This document shows, piece after piece, positions 41,439 to 49,777 of a DNA stretch of 64,000 bases. A model generated the notes under the pieces. It had not been told where the DNA came from, did not search any database, and saw only the letters and a list, made by a program, of their open reading frames with translations. This DNA is from Myxococcota bacterium (GTDB lineage: Bacteria; Myxococcota_A; UBA9160; UBA4427). The stretch is from contig OZ252299.1 in NCBI GenBank assembly GCA_965250285.1, positions 3,200,001 through 3,264,000 of the forward strand. The letters are read 5' to 3'. Made by a program: the position numbers and the translations under genes. How positions within the stretch are numbered: position 1 is the first letter of the stretch; each line of letters starts with the position of its first letter.

Positions 41439-42020
41439 CGAGCCCACACCGCGGTCCACGCCCTTTCGTCGCGCGCTCAGCCCAACGACGCGAAGGGATC
41501 GATACGTCTCGCACACGCACGAAGCTGTTTGTCGAACCAACGCAGCGTGGGTCGGCATCCGTCGTCGTTCGCGCCACGATTTCGATGCGCGCGTATCGCC
41601 CCGCGAACGGGTCGTAGCGCGAGCAAGCCGTCCGGTCGACATCTCGGTGTCGCCAGCGCGTTCGATTGACGGCTTGCACCGATCGATGACGTTGTAAAGA
41701 AGCGAAACAACATCACCACAGCATGTCTCGAGCGCATGATGTCACGAAACCCGCACACCTCAGGGGTCGTCATGCGTCGAGCGCAACCTATGCCACAAAC
41801 AATCTTTGCACTGACTCGGCGTCCACGCGCTCAACGCGATCATGACGATTGGACCGATGGAACTGAAAGATTTCGGCTGCACACTGTGTGCACGTCGAAG
41901 CGAACCGAGCTCGTTCGGCGCTTCGACGTCAATTGCGCTGTGTGCGGCGTGGTAGGATCCACGAGCGACGCGCAGTCGAAGCGACTCTGTTGAATCGAGT
42001 CTGTCCTGGAGACACCGTCG

Positions 42021-42512
42021 ATGAAGCCCTGCGCGTTGATCCTGTCGATCCTGCTCACGATCGCGAGCAACCCGGCCTGGGCCGATGACGAGATCGTCTC
42101 GGGCCCCGACCGGCGCCACGAACTGGACCTTCGGATCAAAGAGATCGAAACCGAGCGAGATCAGATCTCGGTCGCGGCACCGGCGGTCTACACCTTCATT
42201 GGGCTCGGCATCGCCGCGGTCGGGGCTTTGGTTCTCGGAGGCGGGATCGCCCGCAACAACGATCCCGACGGCTCGCCTTCAGGCACCGCTGCCATTGGCG
42301 GCGGCGCGGCGCTCATCGCCATTGGCGGTGTGACCAGCTTCATCAGCGGCACCGTATGGAGTCGCCGCTCCGACAAGCGCAATGCGCTCGATGCCGAGCG
42401 CGAGTCGCTCATCAAAGAGCGCGGGACGCTCAGCGAAACGCTCTCCCGCGTCGAGATCCGAAGCCCACACCGTGACGGCACCCAGTTCGTGACGCTCGGC
42501 GTTCGCTTCTGA
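42021..42512 (+). CDS. Tandem paralogue 1: exported Gly-rich hairpin protein with C-terminal beta-signal-like motif
   Basis: GGAG RBS; MKPCALILSILLTIASNPAWA signal; ends LSRVEIRSPHRDGTQFVTLGVRF. Confidence 0.85.
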   Translation: MKPCALILSILLTIASNPAWADDEIVSGPDRRHELDLRIKEIETERDQISVAAPAVYTFIGLGIAAVGALVLGGGIARNNDPDGSPSGTAAIGGGAALIAIGGVTSFISGTVWSRRSDKRNALDAERESLIKERGTLSETLSRVEIRSPHRDGTQFVTLGVRF

Positions 42513-42666
42513 GACAGCGCGCTCTTGGGGCTGCACGATGCGAGGGCCGCACCCGCCCCATCAGCTCACCAGAGACACGCCTTCGCGGCATTCATTCTTG
42601 ATCGGCATGCGACGATCGACATCGAATCGACCCTCGAACGCCGATTCGGTCTGGGAGGAAAGCTCG

Positions 42667-43149
42667 ATGAAGCCCTGCGCGTTGATCCTGTCGATCGTCG
42701 TGACTCTGACCGGCAGCCCTGCTTGGGCCAACGACGAAGTGCTCCTACCGACCGACGTTCGCAGGTACATCGACCTCCGCGTAGAGGAGCTCGATGCCGA
42801 GCGCGATCAGATCTCGACGACAGGACCGCAGCTGGCCACGATCTTCGGCGTTCTGGGGGTCGTGGGCGGCACGGTGGCGCTGCTCGCTGCGCCACAGGCC
42901 ACGAACGACGAGAACGCTCCAGTCGGCGCCATCACAGCGGGCTTGATGCTCATGACGGCGGGCGGCGCCTCGACGGTCGTCGGCGCGATCTTGTGGGGAA
43001 AGCGTGCGAAACGGCGCCGAACGATCGACGCCGAGCGCGAGCTGCTGATCAAGGAGCGCAACGCCATCACCGAGTCGCTCTCGCGGATCGAGCTGAGCGC
43101 CCCGTTCCGCGACGGCACCCATTTCGTCACGCTCGGCGTTCGATTCTGA
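42667..43149 (+). CDS. Tandem paralogue 2
   Basis: GGAGG RBS; MKPCALILSIVVTLTGSPAWA; ends LSRIELSAPFRDGTHFVTLGVRF. Confidence 0.85.
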   Translation: MKPCALILSIVVTLTGSPAWANDEVLLPTDVRRYIDLRVEELDAERDQISTTGPQLATIFGVLGVVGGTVALLAAPQATNDENAPVGAITAGLMLMTAGGASTVVGAILWGKRAKRRRTIDAERELLIKERNAITESLSRIELSAPFRDGTHFVTLGVRF

Positions 43150-43304
43150 GACCGAATGGCGTCTGACTTTCGAACATCGAAGCGGTCCATCCGCGCCACG
43201 CCTTCAAGGGCGATGAGGTTTCGGATCACACATCCACATTCGGCCGCAACGAACGACATCGAAACCGCCCTCGGGCATCGACTTCGTTCAGGGAGAGAAC
43301 CTCG

Positions 43305-43799
43305 ATGAAGACCTGCGCGTTGATGTTGTCGCTCATTTTTTCCCTCGCCAGCTGCCCGGCATGGGCGAACGACGAAGCGCTGGCGCCGACGGACGTTCGC
43401 AGGCACATCGACCTGCGCCTCAAGCTGCTCGATTACAAGCGCGAGCAGATCTCGACGACGGCGCCAAAGGTGGCGACGTTCGCGGGCATCGGAGGGTTGC
43501 TGGGCGGTGCGATCGCGATCGTCGTCGCAACGCAGGGGTGCCGAAGCGCCGACCGCTCTTGCGGAGACCGCTGGGGTGCATCCATTGCAGGGATCACCTT
43601 GCTCTCGGTCGGCGGCGTCACGACGCTCATCAGCGGCATCGTGTGGGGCACGCGGGTCAAGCAACGCAACAAGATCGATGCCGAGCGAGAGCTGCTGATC
43701 AAGGAGCGCAACGCCATCACCGAGTCGCTCTCGCGCATCGAGCTGAACACCCCTTTCCGCGACGGCACCCAGTTCGTGACGCTCGGCGTCCGGTTCTGA
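43305..43799 (+). CDS. Tandem paralogue 3
   Basis: MKTCALMLSLIFSLASCPAWA; variable loop CRSADRSC; ends FRDGTQFVTLGVRF. Confidence 0.85.
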   Translation: MKTCALMLSLIFSLASCPAWANDEALAPTDVRRHIDLRLKLLDYKREQISTTAPKVATFAGIGGLLGGAIAIVVATQGCRSADRSCGDRWGASIAGITLLSVGGVTTLISGIVWGTRVKQRNKIDAERELLIKERNAITESLSRIELNTPFRDGTQFVTLGVRF

Positions 43800-43952
43800 G
43801 ACCGCCTCGCGCCTGATCGACGCGCGTCGAAGCGGGCCATCGACCCAATGACCTCACCCACGAAACGGCTTCAAGTCACGCATCCATCTTCGGCCCTACA
43901 GAATGACATCGAGCCCGGCTCGGGCACCGACTTCATTCAGGAGGCAACACCG

Positions 43953-44447
43953 ATGAAGACCTGCGCCCTCATTCTCTCGATCGTGATGACCCTCGCAAGC
44001 GCCCCAGCTTGGGCGCTCGACGACGTCGCAACCCGACCCGACCGCCGCCATGAGATCGACCTGCGCATCGAGGCCCTCGAGGCCGAGCGCGAGGAGATCT
44101 CGACCAAAGGCCCCAAGGTGGCCACGATCTTCGGGATCACATCCCTCCTGAGTGGCGTGGGTGCGTTGGCTTCGCTCGCCCGACCGTGTCGCGAGGCATT
44201 CGATGAATGCGCACCCCGCGTGGGCGCAGGCGTCACCGGGATCACATTGTTCGGCGTCGGCGGCATCTCGACCATCGTCGGCGGCCTCCTCTGGAACAAG
44301 CGCGCGAAACGTCGCCGCGCCATCGAGGCGGAGCGTGAAGCGCTGATGCACGAGCGCGAGGCGCTCGCCGAGGCGCTGTCGCGCATCGAGCTGAGCACCC
44401 CGTTCCGCGACGGTGCCCGGTTCGTGACGCTCGGCTTCACCTTCTGA
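43953..44447 (+). CDS. Tandem paralogue 4
   Basis: AGGAGG RBS; MKTCALILSIVMTLASAPAWA; loop CREAFDEC; ends FRDGARFVTLGFTF. Confidence 0.85.
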   Translation: MKTCALILSIVMTLASAPAWALDDVATRPDRRHEIDLRIEALEAEREEISTKGPKVATIFGITSLLSGVGALASLARPCREAFDECAPRVGAGVTGITLFGVGGISTIVGGLLWNKRAKRRRAIEAEREALMHEREALAEALSRIELSTPFRDGARFVTLGFTF

Positions 44448-44510
44448 AACGCGTCGATCGATCAGCCGAAACCCGAATCACCGAACGGAACTGTCTTGGA
44501 GAATCGAATC

Positions 44511-45023
44511 GTGAAGTCGTGCGCCCTGCTCTTGTCGCTCCTCCTGACCTTCATCAGCGGCCCCGCCTGGGCGGAGGAATCGCTGGTCACCGGGCCCGAT
44601 CGTCGCCAAGAGATCGATCTGCGCCTCGAGTCGCTCGACGCCGAACGCGCGAAGATCTCGACGCGCGGGCCTGCGATCGGAACGGCCGTCGGGCTGGGCA
44701 CGGTCGCCCTGGGCGGGGTCTTGCTCGGCGTCGGGGTCGCTCAGTGCGACGGGCGAGCGAGCGAATACGGACCGTGTACCGGCCCAGGCTCGGGGATCGG
44801 CGCACAGGTCGGCGGCGTCGTCATGATGATCGCGGGCGGCTCGATCACGCTCATCAGCGGCATCGTCTTGGGCCGTCGCGCCAGCCGCCGCGACAAGATC
44901 GACGCCGAGATCGAGTCGCTCATCGACGAACGAAAGGGCCTCAAGGCCACGCTCTCACGGCTCGAGCTGAAGAGCCCCCACCGCAACGGCACTCAGTTCG
45001 TGACGCTCGGGTTCGACTTCTAG
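44511..45023 (+). CDS. Tandem paralogue 5
   Basis: GTG start, (M)KSCALLLSLLLTFISGPAWA; loop CDGRASEYGPC; ends HRNGTQFVTLGFDF. Confidence 0.85.
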   Translation: MKSCALLLSLLLTFISGPAWAEESLVTGPDRRQEIDLRLESLDAERAKISTRGPAIGTAVGLGTVALGGVLLGVGVAQCDGRASEYGPCTGPGSGIGAQVGGVVMMIAGGSITLISGIVLGRRASRRDKIDAEIESLIDERKGLKATLSRLELKSPHRNGTQFVTLGFDF

Positions 45024-45083
45024 GCGGCGTCGGGTGACTCACCCGCGCACGTACCAGATCGAACCAACATGGAGACGGGCATC

Positions 45084-45146
45084 GTGAAGCTCCTTGCGTT
45101 GATCTCATCGCTCCTCCTGACCTTCATCAGCGGCGGCGCCTGGTGA
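45084..45146 (+). pseudogene. Tandem paralogue 6, truncated at the end of the signal peptide
   Basis: (M)KLLALISSLLLTFISGGAW-stop; tcgctcctcctgaccttcatcagcggc is identical to copy 5, then the sequence becomes unrelated. Confidence 0.75.
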
Positions 45147-45637
45147 ATGACGGAGACCCCACCCCGATCATCGTGATACTGAAGGTCATGTCCGGAGTTC
45201 GTATCGACGCTTCGGACCCGATGCATGAACGGCTCCAAGCCGTCGTCCAGTTTCCGGGCGTCGACCTCGACGATCTCGACGACTCGGAGCCGCCCTTCTT
45301 CACGTATCTCCCAGAAGTCGTTGCTCACACGTCCGACGAGGACTTCTGTGCGGCGCGCGACGAGCTGCGAGAGCTTCTGAGGCTCGCCGATCCGGTGGCC
45401 GAGAAGATCGGCGATCGGCTGCATCCGCTCGCTGCCAGGGTCGCCCTCAGCTACCGCGAGGACTTCGACCCGTTCATGTGCAAGCTGCTCGTGATCACCT
45501 GGGCGGGGTTCAGGCAGGTCGAGCATGGACGCGAGCAATACACTCGCGCGCGCGACTGGCTCGTGACGACGAATGCGCTCACGGAGCGACCGCAGCTATC
45601 GACCGAGGAGAGAAGCGATGCCCGTCATTCTCGATGA
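45143..45637 (+). CDS. Hypothetical protein upstream of cas1, possibly a 5'-truncated fragment
   Basis: 164-aa open frame starting at the junction with paralogue 6, no RBS; stop codon overlaps the cas1 start region. Confidence 0.5.
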   Translation: MNDGDPTPIIVILKVMSGVRIDASDPMHERLQAVVQFPGVDLDDLDDSEPPFFTYLPEVVAHTSDEDFCAARDELRELLRLADPVAEKIGDRLHPLAARVALSYREDFDPFMCKLLVITWAGFRQVEHGREQYTRARDWLVTTNALTERPQLSTEERSDARHSR

Positions 45638-46844
45638 ATCACCCGTCAAGTCCGGCACACTGATGCTCCGCGGCTACGGAATCCGCATCGCGGTCGAGCG
45701 TGGATATCTCGTTGCGGAGGACGGCGTCGGCCGCGATCGACGCCGGATCCGCATTCCCCGGCCATCTCGCAACCTCGACCGCGTGATTGTCATCGGGCAC
45801 ACCGGCGAGATCACGTTCGACGCTCTGCGCTGGCTCTCGGACATCGGTGTGGGGTTCTCTCAGATCGACAACGACGGGAACGTGATCGCGGCAGTTGGCC
45901 CTCTGGGCCTTCGCGACCCCAGGCTGCGGCGTGCTCAGGCGATGGCAGCCGATACGGGTCGTGGCCTGGAGATTGCGCGGGATTTGATCCTCACAAAGCT
46001 GGAGTCACAGGCATCTGTTGTGTCTCGTCTCTGCCGAGCGCCCGCAAATGATGTAGGTGAAGCCTTCGAGAAGGCGCGGGGCGCGGAGTCGATCAAAGCC
46101 TTGCGTTCGCATGAGGCGACCGGAGCGCTGTCCTACTGGTCGGCCTGGTCGGATCTGCCGATGCGGTTTATCGGCAAGGATGAGAAGCGCGTACCCGAGC
46201 ACTGGAAGGCCTTCGTGCAGCGCACTTCGTACGTGACGAAGAGTCCGCGCAAAGCGATGAATCCGATCAATGCGATTCTGAACTACCTCTACGCGATCCT
46301 CGAAACAGAGGCCCGGATCGCCTGCCTGGGAGTAGGCCTCGACCCCGGCATCGGGCTCATGCACGCGGACCTGCAGTCGCGGGACTCACTGGCCGCAGAT
46401 CTCATGGAGCCGATCCGTCCTGAGGTCGATGCATGGGTGCTCGACCTCGTCCAGAGCAACATCTTCCGGAAGGCTGACTTCTTCGAGACTCGCGACGGGG
46501 TCTGCCGTCTCATGCCACCGCTCACCGAACAGCTCATGAAGACCGAGAATCATTGGCGGAGGCTGATCGCGCCAATCGCGGAGTACGTCGCGAAGCGGCT
46601 ACTAGTCGATCCCACCGCGGGGAGTCGCCGCACCGACAAGATCAAGCTCAAGACACCTCTCACGCAGGAGAATCGGAGCCGAGCGCGGGATGGGGTTCGC
46701 CGGCGACGAAGGCCCTCCAGCAAGCGACCGAGGCATCTGCTCGATCGCATCTGCGCCGACTGCGGGGCCAGCGTGGGACCGAGTACCGAACGCTGTCCGT
46801 CCTGCAGGCCTCCGTGTCGATCCAGCCAGACGGTGCGCGGCTAG
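45618..46844 (+). CDS. cas1: Stand-alone Cas1 (casposase-like) with C-terminal Zn ribbon
   Basis: GAGGAG RBS; G.ITFDALRWL..IGV, LRRAQ, catalytic E (LRSHEA..A.SYW), NPINAILNYLY, GLDPGIGLMH (H), SLAADLMEPIRP (D/E); CADC...CPSC. Confidence 0.9.
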   Translation: MPVILDESPVKSGTLMLRGYGIRIAVERGYLVAEDGVGRDRRRIRIPRPSRNLDRVIVIGHTGEITFDALRWLSDIGVGFSQIDNDGNVIAAVGPLGLRDPRLRRAQAMAADTGRGLEIARDLILTKLESQASVVSRLCRAPANDVGEAFEKARGAESIKALRSHEATGALSYWSAWSDLPMRFIGKDEKRVPEHWKAFVQRTSYVTKSPRKAMNPINAILNYLYAILETEARIACLGVGLDPGIGLMHADLQSRDSLAADLMEPIRPEVDAWVLDLVQSNIFRKADFFETRDGVCRLMPPLTEQLMKTENHWRRLIAPIAEYVAKRLLVDPTAGSRRTDKIKLKTPLTQENRSRARDGVRRRRRPSSKRPRHLLDRICADCGASVGPSTERCPSCRPPCRSSQTVRG

Positions 46845-48005
46845 ACAAGGGGGCCGAAAACCCCGCATTCACACCGAACCCAATACCGGGACGAGTCGAG
46901 GGCGAGGCGCCACATCAGCGCTAGGCCGAACGATCGCCGCACCAGAGCCAAGACGAGAGAGCGGGGCTGTGGATCCCCGCAAGACCGAAAGCGGCTTTGT
47001 TGGACCCCCTACCTACTATTCCAGCTGACGGCGGAAACGATCAGCGACTGCCTCGCGCTCAGCGCTAGGATCCCGCGGCATTCACTTGCTCGACCGATAC
47101 AACTGGCGATTCACCAGGTACTCGAGCAGCCAGATTTCCACAGGAGTCGATCCATGATTCGCTTCGTTGCGGCCACGGTTTCCCTGATCACCTCACTCTC
47201 GATGGTCGCCCCCGTGCGGGCCGAGAGCGCAAAGAAGGTCGACGACCCGACCGGCTGGTCAGTGGGCGGGGGCATCGGCGCCGCCGCCAGCCCCGGACAG
47301 TTCGTGCTCCAGCTGGATGCGCCGTACCGCTTCTCCGAGTTGTTCTCAGCGGCTCCGACCTTCCAGCTGCTGGCGGGCAGCAGCTTCACGCGAATCTCGA
47401 TGTCACTCGACGGAGTGGTGCACCTGAACCTCTTCGACGAGAGCGACAACGTCGTCCTCGCGAATCTGACGCCTCACGTCGGCCTCGGTGCAGGCTTCAC
47501 TCACTTCAGTGCGTTCGGCTTCAACGAAACGAATTTCCTCCTCCCTATCATCATGGGGCTCGAGTTCGATCTCACGGAGGAGATCGCGCTGACGAACGAG
47601 ATGCGGTTCAACATCGTAGTCACCAGCGATTTCGACACCTTCTACTGGTCATGGCAGCTGATCGGGGTCCGGTACCGGTTTTGAGTCGAGAGCCCGAATC
47701 TCGCGCCGGTTACACAGCACGATCCCTCAGAGTACAGCCGGAGATCTAGTCCTCGAATGCGTGAATGGGGTTACTCACGTCTGCGTGAGCCAGCCTGGCT
47801 GCTCGGTCGACTTCTTCTCAGGCCACGGCCTCTCGAATACGTATGGCTACTACATTGGCCGTATCGCTACATCCTGATCTGAGCCGCGATTGAGGAGCGA
47901 TCCGCCTGCCTCTCTACCTGCTGACCTAACTAGAATCAAGATTCGAACGGATTGAGTTCAGTTTCCCGCAGGAGCCAAGGCGGCCCTTTTCGACCCCCTT
48001 ATCTA
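46842..48005. mobile_element. Possible non-autonomous element bounded by 19-bp inverted repeats
   Basis: tagacaagggggccgaaaa (46842-46860) and ttttcgacccccttatcta (47987-48005) are 17/19 reverse-complementary; no transposase inside. Confidence 0.4.
47154..47684 (+). CDS. Small outer-membrane beta-barrel protein (8-stranded type)
   Basis: AGGAG RBS; signal ending VRA; alternating amphipathic strands, PHVGLGAG; C-terminal IGVRYRF. Confidence 0.78.
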   Translation: MIRFVAATVSLITSLSMVAPVRAESAKKVDDPTGWSVGGGIGAAASPGQFVLQLDAPYRFSELFSAAPTFQLLAGSSFTRISMSLDGVVHLNLFDESDNVVLANLTPHVGLGAGFTHFSAFGFNETNFLLPIIMGLEFDLTEEIALTNEMRFNIVVTSDFDTFYWSWQLIGVRYRF

Positions 48006-48056
48006 CTAACCCTCAGGCGAGTTGACCGGAACCGACTTTCGTCTTATTTTCGCCTC

Positions 48057-49244
48057 ATGTCGACGATCCCGAAGCCCACCCTGCCTCTCTCGCAGACGCC
48101 CGCCCCACGCGTGGCCCAGACCGCTCCGGCGGGCGCCCTGCGCGGCCGTGGGGCGCTCGACAACCCCACGAATCGCTTCGAGCGGTACCACTACGACCGC
48201 GATGAAGAGGCGCTCGCGGCGATCCGCCTGGCGGATCACGTCGACGACGCGCCCGAGGCGGCGGGGCTCGACGGCGAAGACGAAGCGGCGCTGCGCCCCC
48301 ACCCCGACACCCTCTTTCTGCGCGACCCGACGCGCAAGATCCTCAGCCGCAACGCGAGCCCCGACGTGCCGTTCGACGTCAGCATCAATCCGTATCGCGG
48401 CTGCGAGCACGGTTGCATCTACTGCTACGCCCGGCCTGGCCACGAGTTTCTCGGCTTTTCGGCCGGGCTCGACTTCGAGACCCGCATCCTCGTGAAAGAG
48501 GACGCACCCGAGCTGCTGCGCGACGAGCTGCTGAAGCCGAAGTATCGGCCGAAGCTGATCGGGCTCTCGGGCGTGACCGACCCGTACCAGCCGATCGAGC
48601 GAAAGACTCGGCTCACCCGGCGCTGCCTCGAGGTGCTCGCCGAGTTTCGCAACCCAGTCGGGCTCATCACGAAGAACGCGCTGGTGCGACGCGACGTCGA
48701 CGTGCTGCGCGAGCTGACCGATCACGGGGCGCTGGCGGTCAGCCTGTCGATCACGACGCTCGACGACGAGCTGCACCGGGTGCTCGAGCCCCGCACGTCG
48801 TCGCCCCGCATGCGACTCGAAGCGGTTCGGGTGCTGGCCGACGCGGGGATCCCCGTCGGCGTGAACGTGGCCCCGGTGATCCCGGGGCTCAACTGTCACG
48901 AGATCCCGTCGATCCTCGAGGCGGCCGCGGCGGCCGGGGCTCGCACGGCGGGGCACATCGTGCTGCGGCTGCCCCATGGCGTGAAAGAGCTCTTCGAGGC
49001 CTGGCTGCGCGAGCACCGCCCCGAGCGCGCCGACAAGGTGCTCAACCGGCTGCGCTCGATGCGCGGCGGCGCGCTCGACGATTCACGCTTCGGGACGCGC
49101 ATGAAGGGCGAAGGCATCTTCGCGCAACAGATCCACGATCTGTTCGATGTGTCTTTGCGGCGCGCGGGCCTCGCGCGCGAACGCACGACGCCGACGACCG
49201 AACACTTTCGCCGCCCGCCCGCGCCGCAGCTCGAGCTCTTCTGA
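48057..49244 (+). CDS. Radical SAM protein, PA0069/Rv2578c family
   Basis: GRGA..NP.NRF, SINPYRGCEHGCIYCYAR, TDPYQPIE, LEPRTS.P; C-terminal QLELF. Confidence 0.93.
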   Translation: MSTIPKPTLPLSQTPAPRVAQTAPAGALRGRGALDNPTNRFERYHYDRDEEALAAIRLADHVDDAPEAAGLDGEDEAALRPHPDTLFLRDPTRKILSRNASPDVPFDVSINPYRGCEHGCIYCYARPGHEFLGFSAGLDFETRILVKEDAPELLRDELLKPKYRPKLIGLSGVTDPYQPIERKTRLTRRCLEVLAEFRNPVGLITKNALVRRDVDVLRELTDHGALAVSLSITTLDDELHRVLEPRTSSPRMRLEAVRVLADAGIPVGVNVAPVIPGLNCHEIPSILEAAAAAGARTAGHIVLRLPHGVKELFEAWLREHRPERADKVLNRLRSMRGGALDDSRFGTRMKGEGIFAQQIHDLFDVSLRRAGLARERTTPTTEHFRRPPAPQLELF

Positions 49245-49282
49245 GCCGGGTCGTTGGCGGCGCCCGCGCGGGCAGCGCGGCT

Positions 49283-49777
49283 ATGCTCTCGCCACCTCGT
49301 TCGCGTACGCCACGAAGCAGCGTGCGCCTGCACCCGGGAGCGCACGTCATCGCCTTTCTGCCGCCGACCTGGCCTCGCGTCGTCGTGCTGCTGCTCGTCT
49401 CGGTGCTGTTCACCGTGACGGGCATCATGCACTTCACCAACACCGCGTTCTTCTCGGCGATCGTGCCACCGTACCTTCCAGCGCCCGACATGCTCGTCTA
49501 TGTGAGCGGCGTGTTCGAGATTCTCGGCGGCATCGGCGTGCTTGTGCCGGCCACCCGGCGCTTCTCGGGCTACGGCCTGCTCGCGCTGCTCGTCGCCGTG
49601 TATCCGGCGAACATCCACATGGCACTGAACCCCGAGCTTTTCCCCGACGCGTCGGCGGGCGCACTCTACGCCCGCCTGCCCTTCCAGTTCGTCTTCGCGG
49701 CGCTCGTCTGGTACGGCGCCTGCTCGCCCAAGAGCGCCGCGCGCGGCGAAGTCGCCGAAGCGCCGAGCGCCGCCTGA
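49283..49777 (+). CDS. DoxX-like membrane protein; start uncertain
   Basis: GIMHF....F..IVPPYLP, LVYVSGVFEILGGIG, VYPANIHMA, RLPFQ. Confidence 0.85.
   Translation: MLSPPRSRTPRSSVRLHPGAHVIAFLPPTWPRVVVLLLVSVLFTVTGIMHFTNTAFFSAIVPPYLPAPDMLVYVSGVFEILGGIGVLVPATRRFSGYGLLALLVAVYPANIHMALNPELFPDASAGALYARLPFQFVFAALVWYGACSPKSAARGEVAEAPSAA

Noticed and set aside
42021..45146. Integron cassette array
   Set aside because: No tyrosine integrase in the window, no clear attC (RYYYAAC…GTTRRRY) palindromes, and all the genes are paralogues.
45139..47118. 10-bp inverted repeat cctggtgaat / attcaccagg around the cas1 block, plus several GTGAATG/CATTCAC heptamers
   Set aside because: Too short and found post hoc; the left copy is half made of paralogue-6 codons and there is no target duplication.
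47945..47962. Possible SOS box (GAAC-N7-GTTC) upstream of the radical SAM gene
   Set aside because: Spacing fits no LexA consensus I can support, and it lies about 60 bp from the promoter.
41440..48050. CRISPR array associated with cas1
   Set aside because: No run of identical 25-45-bp repeats with unique spacers is visible; the repeats present are gene-sized units or two to three degenerate motifs.
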